Below are positions 27,401 through 38,717 of a stretch of DNA of 64,000 nucleotides, one piece after another. The translations under genes were made by a program, and so were the position numbers. Origin of the DNA: Gnetum montanum (taxonomy: Eukaryota > Plantae > Gnetophyta); NCBI GenBank assembly GCA_015680685.1, contig MNCI01002363.1, forward strand, positions 568,866 to 632,865, read 5' to 3'. Numbering within the stretch: the stretch's first letter is position 1; every line of letters starts with the position of its first letter. The notes below the pieces were generated by a model. It saw only the letters and a program-made list of their open reading frames with translations, was not told where the DNA came from and did no database searches.

Positions 27401-30400
27401 ATAAACTACTTCAAGATTAGCTAAAGATAATGTCTCTTAAGATGACTCATCAAAGTATTGAGTTCAACCCTTATAATTTCATCTTCTTCTTTGTCGTACG
27501 AGTTCATCATGCTTTTAAAAAATTCAACCTGATTCTTCAACCTTTTCAAAATGCATGAACAGATACAATTATAATCAACACTTCAATTAAATTGAAATCT
27601 TAGGTTTAATATTTACCACAAAGATAGCCAATTGCAAGAATATCTTCAATCAGGAAGTCAAAAGAAATGGATACTCGGCAACCTGCACTTCTTTAACCCT
27701 ATGGTATGGTTTCAAACTTCAAAGCTCAAATAAGCAAGAAACTCAAGCTTTCTACACCTTCATAATCCTCTTGGAGAAGTTACCGACTTTCCAAGAATCC
27801 TTAACATCTTAAAGCATTATAAAGTGCTAAATCCAATGAGACAACTCTAAAGCCCCTTCAACTATTCAATTACCCAGCAATTCCCTTCCAAAGGAAGCTT
27901 TCAAACTCCAAATCTCTACACTCATCAACTCTGATACCAATCTGCAGTGGTAACACCAATTATAATCCCCTATCTTGCACCTTAGCACAAGAACATAGCA
28001 GCTGGATACACCATGGAACCAAGCATCACACAATTGAAACAATCACACCTTAAATTTGGCAATCAAAAAATTTTTGCTTCACTAATCAAGCATTTGAACT
28101 TGTATATTATTCTGTTTGACAACTTTGGCCCCCAACTTCTTAGCTCCTTGCCCCTCTCCCAGTAACATCTATTACAAAATTGACAAATTCATTAGGGATA
28201 TCTTATGACATGACACTACTTATAAAAAGAGGATTCGCCTCCTATGACAAGATGAGTTGGCACAGTAAAAACAGTAGCAGACAAGATAATGAAATTAGTA
28301 AGAAATTCCAAGTGAAACTTGCTTGGTTGTAGGATAGGATGAAGATTTACACGGCTAAATATGACTCCATATGGAAATTCCCAGTGCCCCTTCTCAAGGA
28401 GATTTTTTTATGAACAATGAGAAACTACCAGTAATACGGCTGGTTCACAAAGCAGACGTTTAACCCCAGTTTAAAGGATGCTAGTTGACTTAATGTGTAA
28501 AAATTCACCTTTGAGCTATGAGGCTGTGCTCAAATAAAGTAATTTGATCGTTGAACTCTTTTTCTTGAGAGTGCTGAACACCAAACTGCCCTGTTTTTGG
28601 ATGGAGGTCATAGATTATATGAGTTTATGGAGTAGCTTAGTGCAGTATTGTCACCAAATCATAAATGGGATTACAGCTCATCTGTCACCAATTATCAGAC
28701 CCACCCCATGATGTCATTGGTATGCCAAACAAGTGTAACTAGAGCATTTACAGAGTCTGTTCCACCATATATATCATGTAGCTTTGTGTTAGAGACAGGT
28801 ACTACATGTTCATATATATTGTTCTCATTACGTTATATTTGCCAGGTCTACCTGTCTTCACTGTCCAGTTTTGTTCATGTAAAGGGTTATAAGAAATTTT
28901 CCTAGGAAATATTCAAATGTAGACATCTTAAAAAGAATGCAACCTGCTTATACATCACATAATCACTGCGTTTAAAGATACATATTAGCAGACACAACAT
29001 ATTCCTATCACCTAGAATTAAAACAGGTCAATAGATCAGGATCCCACAGAGACAAAATGGAACTTTTGCCATGATAGAATAGTTGAGGATGAATATTACA
29101 TTGTCCTGGAATGCCTTTCACAGGATCTCTTTAACAAGAATGGAGAATAGTTGCTAAAAACCTGCTTGAATTTGCCACCTTTGTGAATTGGCCTTCAGCT
29201 ATGATATTCAGGAATGTTTCAAACTGACTGCATTGTCCAATTATTCTATTAGAGACCTTACGTCCTTTTTCTAGATGGAACAATAAATTCAGTTTTAATC
29301 CTTTAAGGTCCAATTATTCTATTAGAGTCCTTACGTCCTTTTTCTAGATGGAACAATAAATTCAGCTTTGATCCTTTAAGGTGTAGAATACTGGCCTATC
29401 AAAAACATCAGGTGCAACGCATCGTGTGGTAAAGATTCATATGTTAAGGTGGATGTCGGGTGTGACTAGGAGAAAATCAAATCAACAACTCTCTTATTAG
29501 GGAAAGTTTGGGAGTAGCTCCCATATGTGCGAAGATTAAAAAAAGTTGTCTCAGATGGATTCATCATGTGTTAAGAAGACCAAAGAAAGCTTCTATTAGA
29601 ACAAGTCACTTTATTAAAGCTGAAGGGAACCAACAAAGTGGTAGACCAAAAATATGCTTGGTTTTCTGGCATAAATAAAGATATCCAAGATTTAGGTATC
29701 AATGCTTATGTGGCTCTTAATAGAAGTGAATGACATAAAAGCATTCATATAGCCAAGTCCATGTAGTTGGACTAAGGCTAGGATGATGATGATGAATAAA
29801 TTCGGTTTTAGTTTCAGAAATATTTTTCTGCCCATTTTGAAACTGAAGTGTTTTTTGCATCCATGTGGAGACTAAGAGAAACTATGCATTATACAAGTTC
29901 GGTTTCATATATTTCTTTTACACAAATTATATGTTCAAGCCATTTGTATAACGAGGTCTTCTGCACGGGGCTACATCGCATAAGGATCAAGCATCTGTAT
30001 TGCTTGTTTGAACAGTGAGAATGTAAGTGGCTAATTTTGTTCAGTTTTTCAAAGTGGAATTCTCCATTTCTACTCAGCCCAACCGCAGGAATTTTTGGGA
30101 CTGTCATGGCATCACGTGTTGCCTGAATGCGGCTACTGTGATCTGCTAAGGCAGCGTAGCCATCTTTTCTGGAAGGCTTTAAATTTTAATTTCAATATTT
30201 ATAAATTTACATTTTGGAAGAAAAGAATACATTACAACAAATACACCATACATGGTTACCACGAAATATCAGTATCTAAAGCATACAGTAAGCTGAAATT
30301 AGAAGGAAAAATAAATCATCACAGACAATGCATAATTTTAAGGTTTCAATGAATTACCTGCAAAGAACGTGACTGTTGCCAAATTGGTTATGGCCATCGT

Positions 30401-31868
30401 TTCGTAGATAAGAAATTCTGTCAGGAAATGGCCGAGAGCATAGAAAAAGGACAACAAGGTAACAAGATAAAGTGAGCCATTCTCAAGGTTAAAAGCACAC
30501 ATAAAGCAAAGTGTGCAAGTGAGCAACGTCCAAACTCCAAATGTCCGGCCATGAACTTCAGTCACTACCAATGAAGGTTGGAACAGAAAAGCAGGAAAAC
30601 CAACTGTTAAGTTTAATATCATATGGAACCATAAAATGCTTTGGGAAAAATTTTAGTTTGAATGTAAATAAAGAAATTCTGCCATCACATGGCTGCCTCT
30701 TGAGATGGCAATCGTCGTTGTAGCTCTTACAAATAAGCAGTACGTTAGTCTTCTGAAAACACAGCTTTTAAAATCAATGACAAAATATGAAGATTTCACA
30801 CTGTTCAAAAATTACGGGATTGGAAATCTGCAAATTGACAAAGTCACATAATTGCTAACCCAATACCAATGATCTAAGGTTAATAATAAAAGTAATCGAC
30901 AAAATGACGTAGAACATGCATGTGTTAAATGAACTAATTTAATATTATAGATGATGGTGTGTTGGGGGTAGCCTCTCGAAAAGAGGCTGAGCTTTTGCTT
31001 ATCCATCAAACCCTCCAAAGACGATGGTGTATGATGTTAGTCAGGAAAATACATAACATCCCTAGATATAAACATGGGGTACCCAAAGATTTTTTTTAAG
31101 TATTTTCAGAAGAATCCATGCACCATTAATGTCGCTGTGCCATGTTGGTTGGCACCATCTAAAAGTTTAACAAACATAACAGTAAGGTTTCAAGGCATTT
31201 GAAATTCTTAAACCGAGCTACCTTTTTTAATTCTAAACAAACTTTAGAATTCCATTGACTAAAAGAATTGCAAGTCAGTCGTGATTATGTAGCAGAATCC
31301 TTTATAGAAGCTGAGGTTGTTTGAACTTTAGCAAGCTTTGATCATTCAAAATTTACTTTCAATATTTTAAAATGTCTCCAAGCCTTTTCAGGATATTTTT
31401 GTAGTCTCCAGATTTTCCGTCGGTTTGACATTGATATGCTGTTAAGTTTACTGTTAAATGTTTCAAATCTAACTCATAGACAACAAGAAATTCGTGACTG
31501 CCCATCTTTCAGTCAATGCCTAAATATTACATTACAATGAAATTTCCAATTCAGTGGTGAATATATTCAAAAACACAACTATTCTCTTGGTGGGTAAGAC
31601 TTTAAAAGTTGTGCCAAGATGTCCCTGGCCAGAGAAAAACAGAATAGCACCATCTGCTAGCCAAATATTTTTTTAAAAAAAATCACCTTTGATTGCTAAT
31701 AATGTGATTCATTTATGCAAAAATGCAGAATGTCCGAGAAATGTGGGACTCACTTGGGGAGCGAGAAAACACAGCTAGGCGAAGAGCCCAGATGTCAAAA
31801 TATCCAAACCAAACAGAAGAGAGGCGCAATGTGCCCACCAACATCAGCCACCATGAAAGCGCCTTCAT
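11119..31868 (-). CDS. ERG28: ERG28-like sterol C4-demethylation scaffold protein; spliced gene join(31868-31754,30564-30358,11198-11119), 133 aa
   Basis: Exons of 115+207+80 nt = 402 nt join in frame over two phase-1 GT-AG introns: MKALSWWLMLVGTLRLSSVWFGYFDIWALRLAVFSRSP-MTEVHGRTFGVWTLLTCTLCFMCAFNLEN...TFFA-GTSILWMILHW...KTE*. Closely matches plant ERG28 proteins. Confidence 0.93.
13272..13555 (-). mobile_element. 5'-truncated RTE-clade LINE 3' end
   Basis: Minus strand shows the RLRWFGHV region and a W....HVA.P terminus, ending in a (GAA/TGA)n tail. Confidence 0.7.
14484..18878 (+). mobile_element. L1-clade LINE copy 1: EN-RT-zf-RVT plus C-terminal extra domain and coiled coil; poly(A) tail; 15-bp TSD
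   Basis: TSD AAACTACTAAAATTT at 14469-14483 and 18879-18893. CLQETK and GDFN (endonuclease), WLQEGDRNTHFF, LKLDITKAYD, HYANNT, CPLC..EETMEHF. Poly(A) at 18864-18878. Internal deletion near 16830 and many stops. Confidence 0.92.
16841..17720 (+). pseudogene. LINE copy 1 zf-RVT fused in frame to an env-like/Transposase_32-like domain
   Basis: One frame runs from KLPERIKFFFW..CPLC..H..C and LWQLWRTRN into GWASMLEQF..PFYNNW..FQGVRIMFTEATITRYLQV. After a TAG at 17576-17578 it continues LVDQFFIHSG...FMRCLRRGIVVNLP. Confidence 0.7.
18905..19255 (+). mobile_element. Penelope-like element remnant (GIY-YIG endonuclease end)
   Basis: IVVFKPYNK, then after a frameshift KDIVNNSVVYKISYICKKYYIYEIGKTFSIRLKE, then KSLLLEY and NLNRD. 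This follows the PLE order VVFKP / GVVYxIPCxCxxxYIGETGRxLxxRLKEH / KSAxAEH / NLNRD. Confidence 0.65.
19270..21571 (-). mobile_element. Non-autonomous gag-only Ty1/copia element (TR-GAG-like)
   Basis: Diverged direct repeats at about 19270-19776 and 21137-21571. Degenerate Met-tRNA PBS (CTCTAATACTA vs CTCTGATACCA) at about 21123-21133. The internal 1.35 kb holds only gag. Left boundary approximate. Confidence 0.7.
20222..20857 (-). pseudogene. Copia gag remnant (N-terminal domain, UBN2-like region, zinc knuckle)
   Basis: MVLIQKFDGSFYSLWKMKIVDLL start; RKLYWLEMQE..FN..IANLE..G..LLILLGTL; CWKCDKCRHVNRDC knuckle. Confidence 0.8.
22920..23055 (+). mobile_element. RTE-clade LINE 3' end
   Basis: DLALHRGKWQKRTQVDDLILLGQG* followed by a (GAT)n tail. 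Confidence 0.7.
23196..24197 (+). CDS. LINE reverse transcriptase domain ORF (333 aa, part of interrupted ORF2)
   Basis: All RT motifs in one frame: KAPGPDG, RPIGVCN, LKLDIAKAYDTLSW, GLRQGDPLSPLLF, HYADDT, GLEINKTKS. Confidence 0.9.
   Translation: MSSHTTGGRFGPSDLLNPSQSMSVHVEKVLNAADNRRLLAPFSWPELTNTINNMPRGKAPGPDGWLLEFFKVFMDIVGPNLLDAFNIMLAKRQVRRELNCSQIICIPKQLNARRPEHFRPIGVCNVLIRIFSKLLVNRLGPLLPKLVGSNQAGFIQGRTLQDQVLLMQEVLHSLRTTGFPGMCLKLDIAKAYDTLSWDALQDIMHKKGFDRGFIQLCMHIQSSAGFSFDVGGRLWGFSSPSRGLRQGDPLSPLLFIIAMDLMQYYCSTSGVEGLDTVGVACRVEHYADDTMLLSRAAAPQARCINMALTRLAAELGLEINKTKSAAYFSNVDP
25071..25772 (+). CDS. LINE copy 2 C-terminal extra domain (env-like/Transposase_32-like), open up to the gap
   Basis: LLWHAWKARN..TFKPDC..LWRLVVRCGWADLLQRL..PFFTNW..YFQGHVIRLTESAIASCLGVP..SLPRLWARAAGLVDRFF..FTFLRCLKYGVQINLPRFFLESL, with no stop codon. 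Confidence 0.7.
25773..26684. other. Assembly gap (N run)
   Basis: Run of N. Confidence 0.99.
27190..28330 (-). mobile_element. Copia-like remnant (PBS, decayed gag, probable LTR to the right)
   Basis: CTCTGATACCA (Met-tRNA PBS on minus strand) at about 27929-27939, with gag-like YEG..KFE fragments downstream on the minus strand. Boundaries uncertain. Confidence 0.45.
29235..29381. repeat. Tandem duplication of about 73 bp
   Basis: GTCCAATTATTCTATTAGAG(A/T)CCTTACGTCCTTTTTCTAGATGGAACAATAAATTCAG..ATCCTTTAAG occurs twice. Confidence 0.92.
29385..29795 (+). mobile_element. RTE-clade LINE 3' end
   Basis: WPIK..MLRWMSGVTR..GVAPI..LRWIHHVLRRP..GRPK and IHIA, then a (GAT)n tail. Confidence 0.85.
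30358..30564 (-). CDS. ERG28: ERG28 coding exon 2
   Basis: TEVHGRTFGVWTLLTCTLCFMCAFNLENGSLYLVTLLSFFYALGHFLTEFLIYETMAITNLATVTFFA. Acceptor TAG| at 30565-30566; donor CAG|GTAATT at 30357. Confidence 0.95.
31754..31868 (-). CDS. ERG28: ERG28 coding exon 1
   Basis: ATG at 31868, MKALSWWLMLVGTLRLSSVWFGYFDIWALRLAVFSRSP, donor A|GTGAG at 31753. Confidence 0.95.
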
Positions 31869-32899
31869 TTCAATGCCTTGAAAAAGGAGCACTAAAGACG
31901 TTACGCTACACTGATACTTGATTTGGTTTCCCCTGCTTGGATCGAAAATCTTCAGACTATTTCACAGTCTTATCCAAACCCAACACAAGAGACGCATCGT
32001 TAAGCAGTCTGTAAACCAAACAGAAGAGAAGAAAGGCAACCTACCTTATTACTTCACATTGGCATACCCTTTGGAAGCTAACTGTTACGTGAAAACCACT
32101 TAGCCTTTCCTTTGGAATCCATCCTGTAGTTTCATCAAAATAGAGAATCTTAAATATAAGTTCCCTTTGAAATTTGGCGGTGGCAAGTTGATCGTGAAGC
32201 CATTTCCTCGTGGAATTCGATAGATCAACAGACCACAACACGTGCACCATCACTCAACAGTTGGTCTCGGTTTCCTTTTATCAGTTCGTTGAATCAACCA
32301 CTATTCTCTTGCAACTGGGACCGTAACTCATGGTTGAAGAAAAATGTTAATGTCACGTCCTGTAGTAAGGTTATGGTTGACAGTAACGAGGATATCACTC
32401 AGGTGGACAACACTAAAAGGTTACAAATTTAAGAACCAAGTGCAAATCGTTTCAAAACAAATTGATCATGGTTTCCACCCTTCTTAATGATGAAGGATGA
32501 ATTAATTATGATTCACATTGCTTAAAAAAATAGGTTTCATGCTTTAAGTTCAAGTTCAAAGCTTTGAATTAGGTGCTTCAATGTTACTAGGTGCATTTCA
32601 CGTGTATTTTGATGAACCATCAAGAATATGAAAGAGAAATTTGAAAATTTGAAATTTAAAAGAATTTCCTTTCTATGCTTCAACTTCAATTCATGGATGG
32701 CAAATCAAGTTTACATGGTTATAGACTTGCTTGGAGAAATATATCTTGATGGACAAAGACTTTCCCATTCTAATTGGGCATGAATGTTATTATTATTCTT
32801 TTTTTTTTTGGGAGGTTTTGAGGCTTTTTTAAATAATGTTTGCTTATGTACATTTTTTAAAAAGGTAAACTTGGTTCTATAGTGGCCAAGCACATCCAA

Positions 32900-35800
32900 A
32901 GGACTAAAAGTTGACTACATTATTAACCATGCCAAAGACAAAATTGAAAATTCTAGAAAATATTGAACTAAAAAAGGAAAAGGAGATTAAGTAGAAGTTG
33001 AACTACCAAAGCTTCTAGTAGAAAATAAAAAGGTCTACCTTACAAACCAACAAGTTAAAAAAAAAGACAATTAAAATGTTGAAAGGGGAAAGTGGGACAC
33101 ATCACCACATACAAGTGATACAAAGGGTGATTTGCAAAGCTAAACTATCAAAATTTCCCTTGAATTAATTGAGTTGAGTGATTTAGGGTTTTCTTCCTTA
33201 AAATTCAACACTACCATGGTAGTAAAAGAAGGAAAGTAACACCCTTATCATAGAATCCTTACCTTGGTATGTGTTTGCGATGTAAGCCTTGTGAAGGGGT
33301 TAATTACCATGTTTGTGCCATATTGTATTCTTGTTGGTGATGTCTAGTGGTGTAGATTTTCCTTGATGTGATTGTCATAGTATAATATGATGTTTTGTGT
33401 GTTGATGGATAGCGAGGGTGTTTATATTTTTTATAGCATGTGCTTCATATGATTATAATGGCTATATGTTAATGTCTATGATTTTAAGCTTCATATGTGT
33501 ACTAACCCTATTAGCCTTTGTAGCTAGGTACCATGTTGTAGGGGGTGTGGTACATTTGGGAATGGTTTGTAAAGTGTGATAATGTGTGATATTTCTTGGA
33601 ATCTTCTATTTATGTGCCTTGCTTTGTATGTGTTATGTGTGGTTAGAGACTTTGGATTTAGATATAGTCTTTTGCCGATAATGGGATTTGAACTAGTAAT
33701 CTAGGAAAGAGCTACCTTTTTATGGCATGTTTTATGTTGGTAGATATGAGCAATGTTGTATTTCTTATGTAAAGCAGAAGGTTTTGCTAGTTGAAGTCAA
33801 TGACAACATGTTTCTTCTTTGATCTTACTACATCTCTCTTGATTGTTGTGCTATTAGAAGCTTTCTGAATGTGTTTTATGGTTTTTCAGTAGAGGTTTCT
33901 CCAATAGAATTTTTTGGTAAGAATTTTTCTTGAATTTTCCTTGTATAATTTAGGGTTTAATGGATTGTGCATGTGTGATTCCAAGATCTATATTAGAGAG
34001 GATTCTTAAAATAATTTGCTATGGCATTATTGATATGAGTTTTGTGTTGAATAGAGGTTTAATTAGTCACACATGAGCTTAATTTTTTTACAAATGTATT
34101 GTATTCTCAAGATATACTATGTTTTAGCTAGTTATATTTTCAAATTCTAAGTTTTGTGCTGTTATCTATCATTTTAAGAGTAATTTCATCATTTTGTATG
34201 ATCTTAATTGGCTTTCTGAAAATTTCCTTACTCTTAACTAAACATCTCACTTTTTTTAGATGTCTTGATTGAGAATTGGTGTTTCATGCCAATTGTCTCA
34301 CTTTCCCTAGACATCTTGATTGAGAGTAGACATTTTCACAGTGGACATCTCCCAAGATGTCTATGTAGTCATCTCTACAAAGATCTTTGTAAACGTTTTT
34401 GCAATTGTCTAAACATACATCTCCTAAAACGTCTTTGCAGATGTCTCCATAGTTGTCTTAATAACAACTTCTAGGATTTCAACCATGCATCTTCATGTTT
34501 TCTATATGTCTTCCTTTTATGTCTAAAACCCTAGTTTTCCTTATATTGTGTGCAATATTAAATCCATTGTAGGTGTGTTTAAATTGTGGAAATTTGTCTC
34601 AAAAGTGTAGTGGGATCTTGGAATTTTCACTATAAATTTAACATTGGCTTGGAAGCTTAGAATATTGTGTGAGGTTCCCACCAACAATGTTGCAATGACA
34701 AATGTGCTTGAGGAGTATTTATAACTTTTTTATGCCTATGGACTTGTATAACTTGTGCTAAGGAATGACATGAAATGGAATGGCCTATATTGGTGAGGGC
34801 ATGGTCCTAATAGCCTTGATAGCACAAAATGGTCTAGACTAGTGAGGGCTTTGTTCTAATAGCCCTAATGATTGGATGATATGAAATGATAATGGATTTG
34901 CCTAAATTGATGAGGGCATGGACCTAATAGTCCTAATGATGTATCACCCAATGATGATAGCAACCTAAACTGGTAAGGAAGATTAATCCTAGTAGTTCTA
35001 ATGGCATTATATGATGAATACATTTGCTAGATTGGTGAGGGAGGCATGATGACTTCCAATAGTCCTAATGGTATGGCTAATGGATTGATCATGGGTTGTG
35101 GATTTTGGCATGTGTTTTCTTACATTGTACTTTAATGTTGGGTTTAGTGGTTGTGAGATATGAATATGTGTTAGTTTTGGCTAAGGTTGGTACAAATGAT
35201 CTTATGCATAATGAGGTGTATATATTACTTGGATATGATGCTCACATGCTTACAAGGCAACATTTCCTCATATGCTATGATCTAGCTTTATAGTGCTCAT
35301 CTCCAATTTGATTGGGGATTCTTTATGGCTTGTCATTAGTTAGCCATGATGAAGTGACATATTCTTCTTATAAATGTTGCAAATGCATCAAGAATCCATG
35401 GCGATGCCGAGGCTTATTGATGTTGAATGTTTATGTACTTCTTATGCTTGTTATTGTTTGATTGATGAGATCTTGAGTAGATGGATTTTATTATATTTTT
35501 ACAACCTTGGAATGTGATTATATCTTGTTTTGGATTATTAATATTTAGATTAGTTGAAGTGGATCTACTATTGGACATAAATCTTTAATGAACAACATTT
35601 AGATTTATTAGTTATAACTAATGATGGCTAATCATTGATAGTTAGCTATATTTTCATATTAAGATTTTGATGTAGTGTACAAGTGGTCAGGACACTCCTC
35701 TCTTAGTTGGGAGATTGTAGGTTCAATTCTTACTTGTGCTTCTGAGTATGGTTGCAATGGAGTAGCTTTGTGGTGGGACCCTTTTCCTTCATGAGTCACA

Positions 35801-35911
35801 TCTACCTTGTATTGGTAAGGATTATGCTACCAACCCTAAATTGCCTTGCCCCACCCCACATCCACCGCATCCCCCCACCNCTAAGCTTTGCCTAAGTTAT
35901 GGGGTATTATA
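32900..35911 (+). mobile_element. Probable large decayed solo LTR or LTR-derived sequence
   Basis: TG-rich non-coding block with internal degenerate repeats, ending GGGGTATTATA (compare GGGGTATTACA LTR termini). 5' boundary and TSD not found. Confidence 0.35.
34788..35070. repeat. Degenerate repeat of about 50-65 bp, about 5 copies
   Basis: Recurring ATTGGTGAGGGCATGGTCCTAATAG(C/T)CCTAATG-like units. Confidence 0.7.
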
Positions 35912-35988
35912 GGAAATGAATCTACAACAAACCCCAAAAACCAATGTCCTAAAATTGCATTCTTCCTATGTCAAGATCCACCAATTTC

Positions 35989-37124
35989 TGTAACACTACT
36001 ACAAAAAATACTCTTTTAAAAGATGTGGGTACTTACAAAGAAATAATTTTACCTTTTATAGATATAAATGGCATGACCACTTCTAATCATTTAATTCTTT
36101 GCCTCTAATAGGCATAAGCAATGTGAGTGCCATTGACACTACTTAAAAGTATAAACAACATATTTTTTGTACTACTTATATAATATAATGGTACATGGGT
36201 TGCACCTCAATAGACCCTAATAGGATCCAATCCATAACTTTCAAGCAAATCTAGATTAGAAAATAAGAACAACACAATACAATAGAGAAAATTTCCTTCT
36301 TTTTATCATGAAAATTCTTAAAATATATAGAAAATATATTAGGATGAGGAGTCAAGCTCACTTGCAACTCTCCCAAGGATCTTAGAGGCCATACTTATTT
36401 CCTCTCAATCCTCAATTATTCATAATGGAGCCCAAGCTCAAGACAAGATACTTATAAGAGATTCTGCTAACTCATCTGAAGTGCTCTCCCTTGCCTCTCA
36501 CTTAACTTCCTTGCACAAGATCTCTTCTTACATAATTTCTCCTACTCATGGTTAGGGTTATGCTCTTTCTTGCCCCAACAATGGTGAATTACATTGATAT
36601 TTATAAGCAATCGAAAGATAAAAACCCTAGAAACCTTTCCTCAACTCAACTTGAGGTTCTTTAGATGTTTCCCAAGTCTTCTCGCCTTCTCTCTAGTTAT
36701 TTCCATTTTGCTTTGGCTATTTCTCGAATTGCATTGGACATTTTTGAAAGTTTCCCCATCCGTATGGGTTATCTCTAACCTTGTTGGAATGTCTATTTGA
36801 AAATCCAACACTTAGGCGAGATGTCTACTATTTTCGGTAGGCATCTAATCTGGTTCTTAGACATATACAATTTTGGGTAGATTTCTACAATCTTGGTTAG
36901 ACATCTATTTTGTATGTGCTAAAAAATGCTCATTTTGATGCTTGGAACCTCCATATGCCTCCAAAAAAAGTTCCCATAGATCTTAGGACCTCCTAAACTC
37001 ATCAAAATGAGCCAAAAACACCCCAAAACATTCCAAAATATCCAAGAAACATCCTTGACAAAATCAACACAAAAGACACCTAGCATTAGGGTAGAATAAG
37101 GAGATTGGAAGAGGTGTCCCTACA
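35989..37124 (-). mobile_element. LTR (3' LTR of a minus-strand gypsy remnant)
   Basis: Minus strand: purine tract AAGAGTGGGAGAGCTAG directly followed by TGTAGGGACACC at 37124. The other end is probably ...GTGTTACA at 35989. Confidence 0.55.
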
Positions 37125-37910
37125 CTAGCTCTCCCACTCTTAAAAATGTCATGCTTCATGATCTTTCACAAGTTGGAAGGCACCATGACCCCATGACTCA
37201 AGGCCATCACAATAATCATGACTCAATGCATTACAAACATGAGAATGAATATCATTGGAGGTTTTGATTTTGAGCTTCCCTTGTTCATGAAGGCTTGTCC
37301 TCATGCCCCACCATGCTTCCTTTATTTGAGTATCTCTTTGGAATGCTTTTCTTGCATCCCCATAATGATTCAAACCTATACAAAAATATTACAAAATATT
37401 TGTTAGCATAAATCCATGGAGTAGGCCTCCTTGCCCTATGTCCAAATAGTAATAGCATTTCTCTACTTACTGCCAATTGACATTTATCAACTTGCTACCA
37501 ATTGACTTCCCACATAGGGAAGAGGTGTCCCTACACTAGCTCTCCCACTCTTAAAAAAATATCATGCTTCGTGACCTTTCGTAACTTGGAAGGCATTGTG
37601 CCCCCATGACTCAAGGCCATCATAATAATCATAACTCAATGCATTATAAACATGAGAATGAATATCGTTAGAAGTTTTGATTTTAAGCTTCCCTTGCTCA
37701 TGGAGGCTTGTCCTCATGCCCTACCATGCTTCCTTTATTTGAGTGTCTCCTTGGAATGCTTTCCTTGCATTCCCACAATGACTCAAACCTACACAAAAGT
37801 GATACAAAAATATGATAAAATATTTTTTAGCATAAATCCATTGAGTAGGCCTCCTTGCCCTATGCCCAAATAGCAATGGCATTTTTCCACTTGCTAACAA
37901 TTGACATTCC
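37107..37910. repeat. Tandem duplication of about 411 bp spanning the PPT/LTR junction
   Basis: GGAAGAGGTGTCCCTACACTAGCTCTCCCACTCTTAAAAA at both 37107 and 37518, followed by homologous sequence. Confidence 0.9.
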
Positions 37911-38717
37911 TTATTCTTCTAGCATCTTTTTGCCAATACAAATTTTAGTCTAGGACCTACACAAGTGCCCAAAAGCATTAACCTGTATACTATTATCATT
38001 AACACCCAAGATTGAATAGTAGCACAATCAACATTCTTATCATTCATACGAAACTTCAAGCAATCAATCATAACATCTATATCAAATGCATCCTTTTTAG
38101 CATTTAAGAAAATTTCATCACCACAAATAGCATTCACCTTTTAATGAGTGGTGAGTATACCCTATGCCCAACCATACGAATCACAAGCATATATGCATGA
38201 TTTGATTGAATTCCAAGGACTTTTAGGTTTCTATGTACATTGGTCTAGGAGGTGAACCAACTGTTGCAATTGTTATCTATCTAGTTACATTTGTGAGTAC
38301 AAGGGTATGGTTAACTATAACTAAGGCATATGATTTCTGTCTTTTTATGTTTACAGTCACCTAAGAATAAAGAACAAGGAATAAGGGTATTTAATTGCTA
38401 AATTACTTTAACTAGCTAACACTTAACTAATCCTAACATAAGCATCCATTCCCACTTGTTGTATACATCTTGAACATGTATAACACTACTCGGTTACCAA
38501 ACATTAAGCATTGTTGGGATTACCAAGCATTACATGTATGCTTGAAGTGGTTGTATTTATATGTTTTCATTAATCACTATTTAATCTATTTGAATTAATT
38601 ACTTAATTACTTAAAAACATTAAAGGAAATTTCTTAAAATGTTAAATGCTTAAAGAAATAATTAATCTAGTCCAAATGCTACAAGGTTTGATCATAAAGC
38701 TCATCTTTATTGTTGTA

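Noticed and set aside
30338-30622. Single-exon 94-aa ORF as the whole ERG28 gene
   Set aside because: Its ends are intron read-through; the true exon is 30564-30358.
35670-35745. tRNA gene
   Set aside because: Only degenerate A/B-box-like motifs and no cloverleaf; at most a SINE-like remnant.
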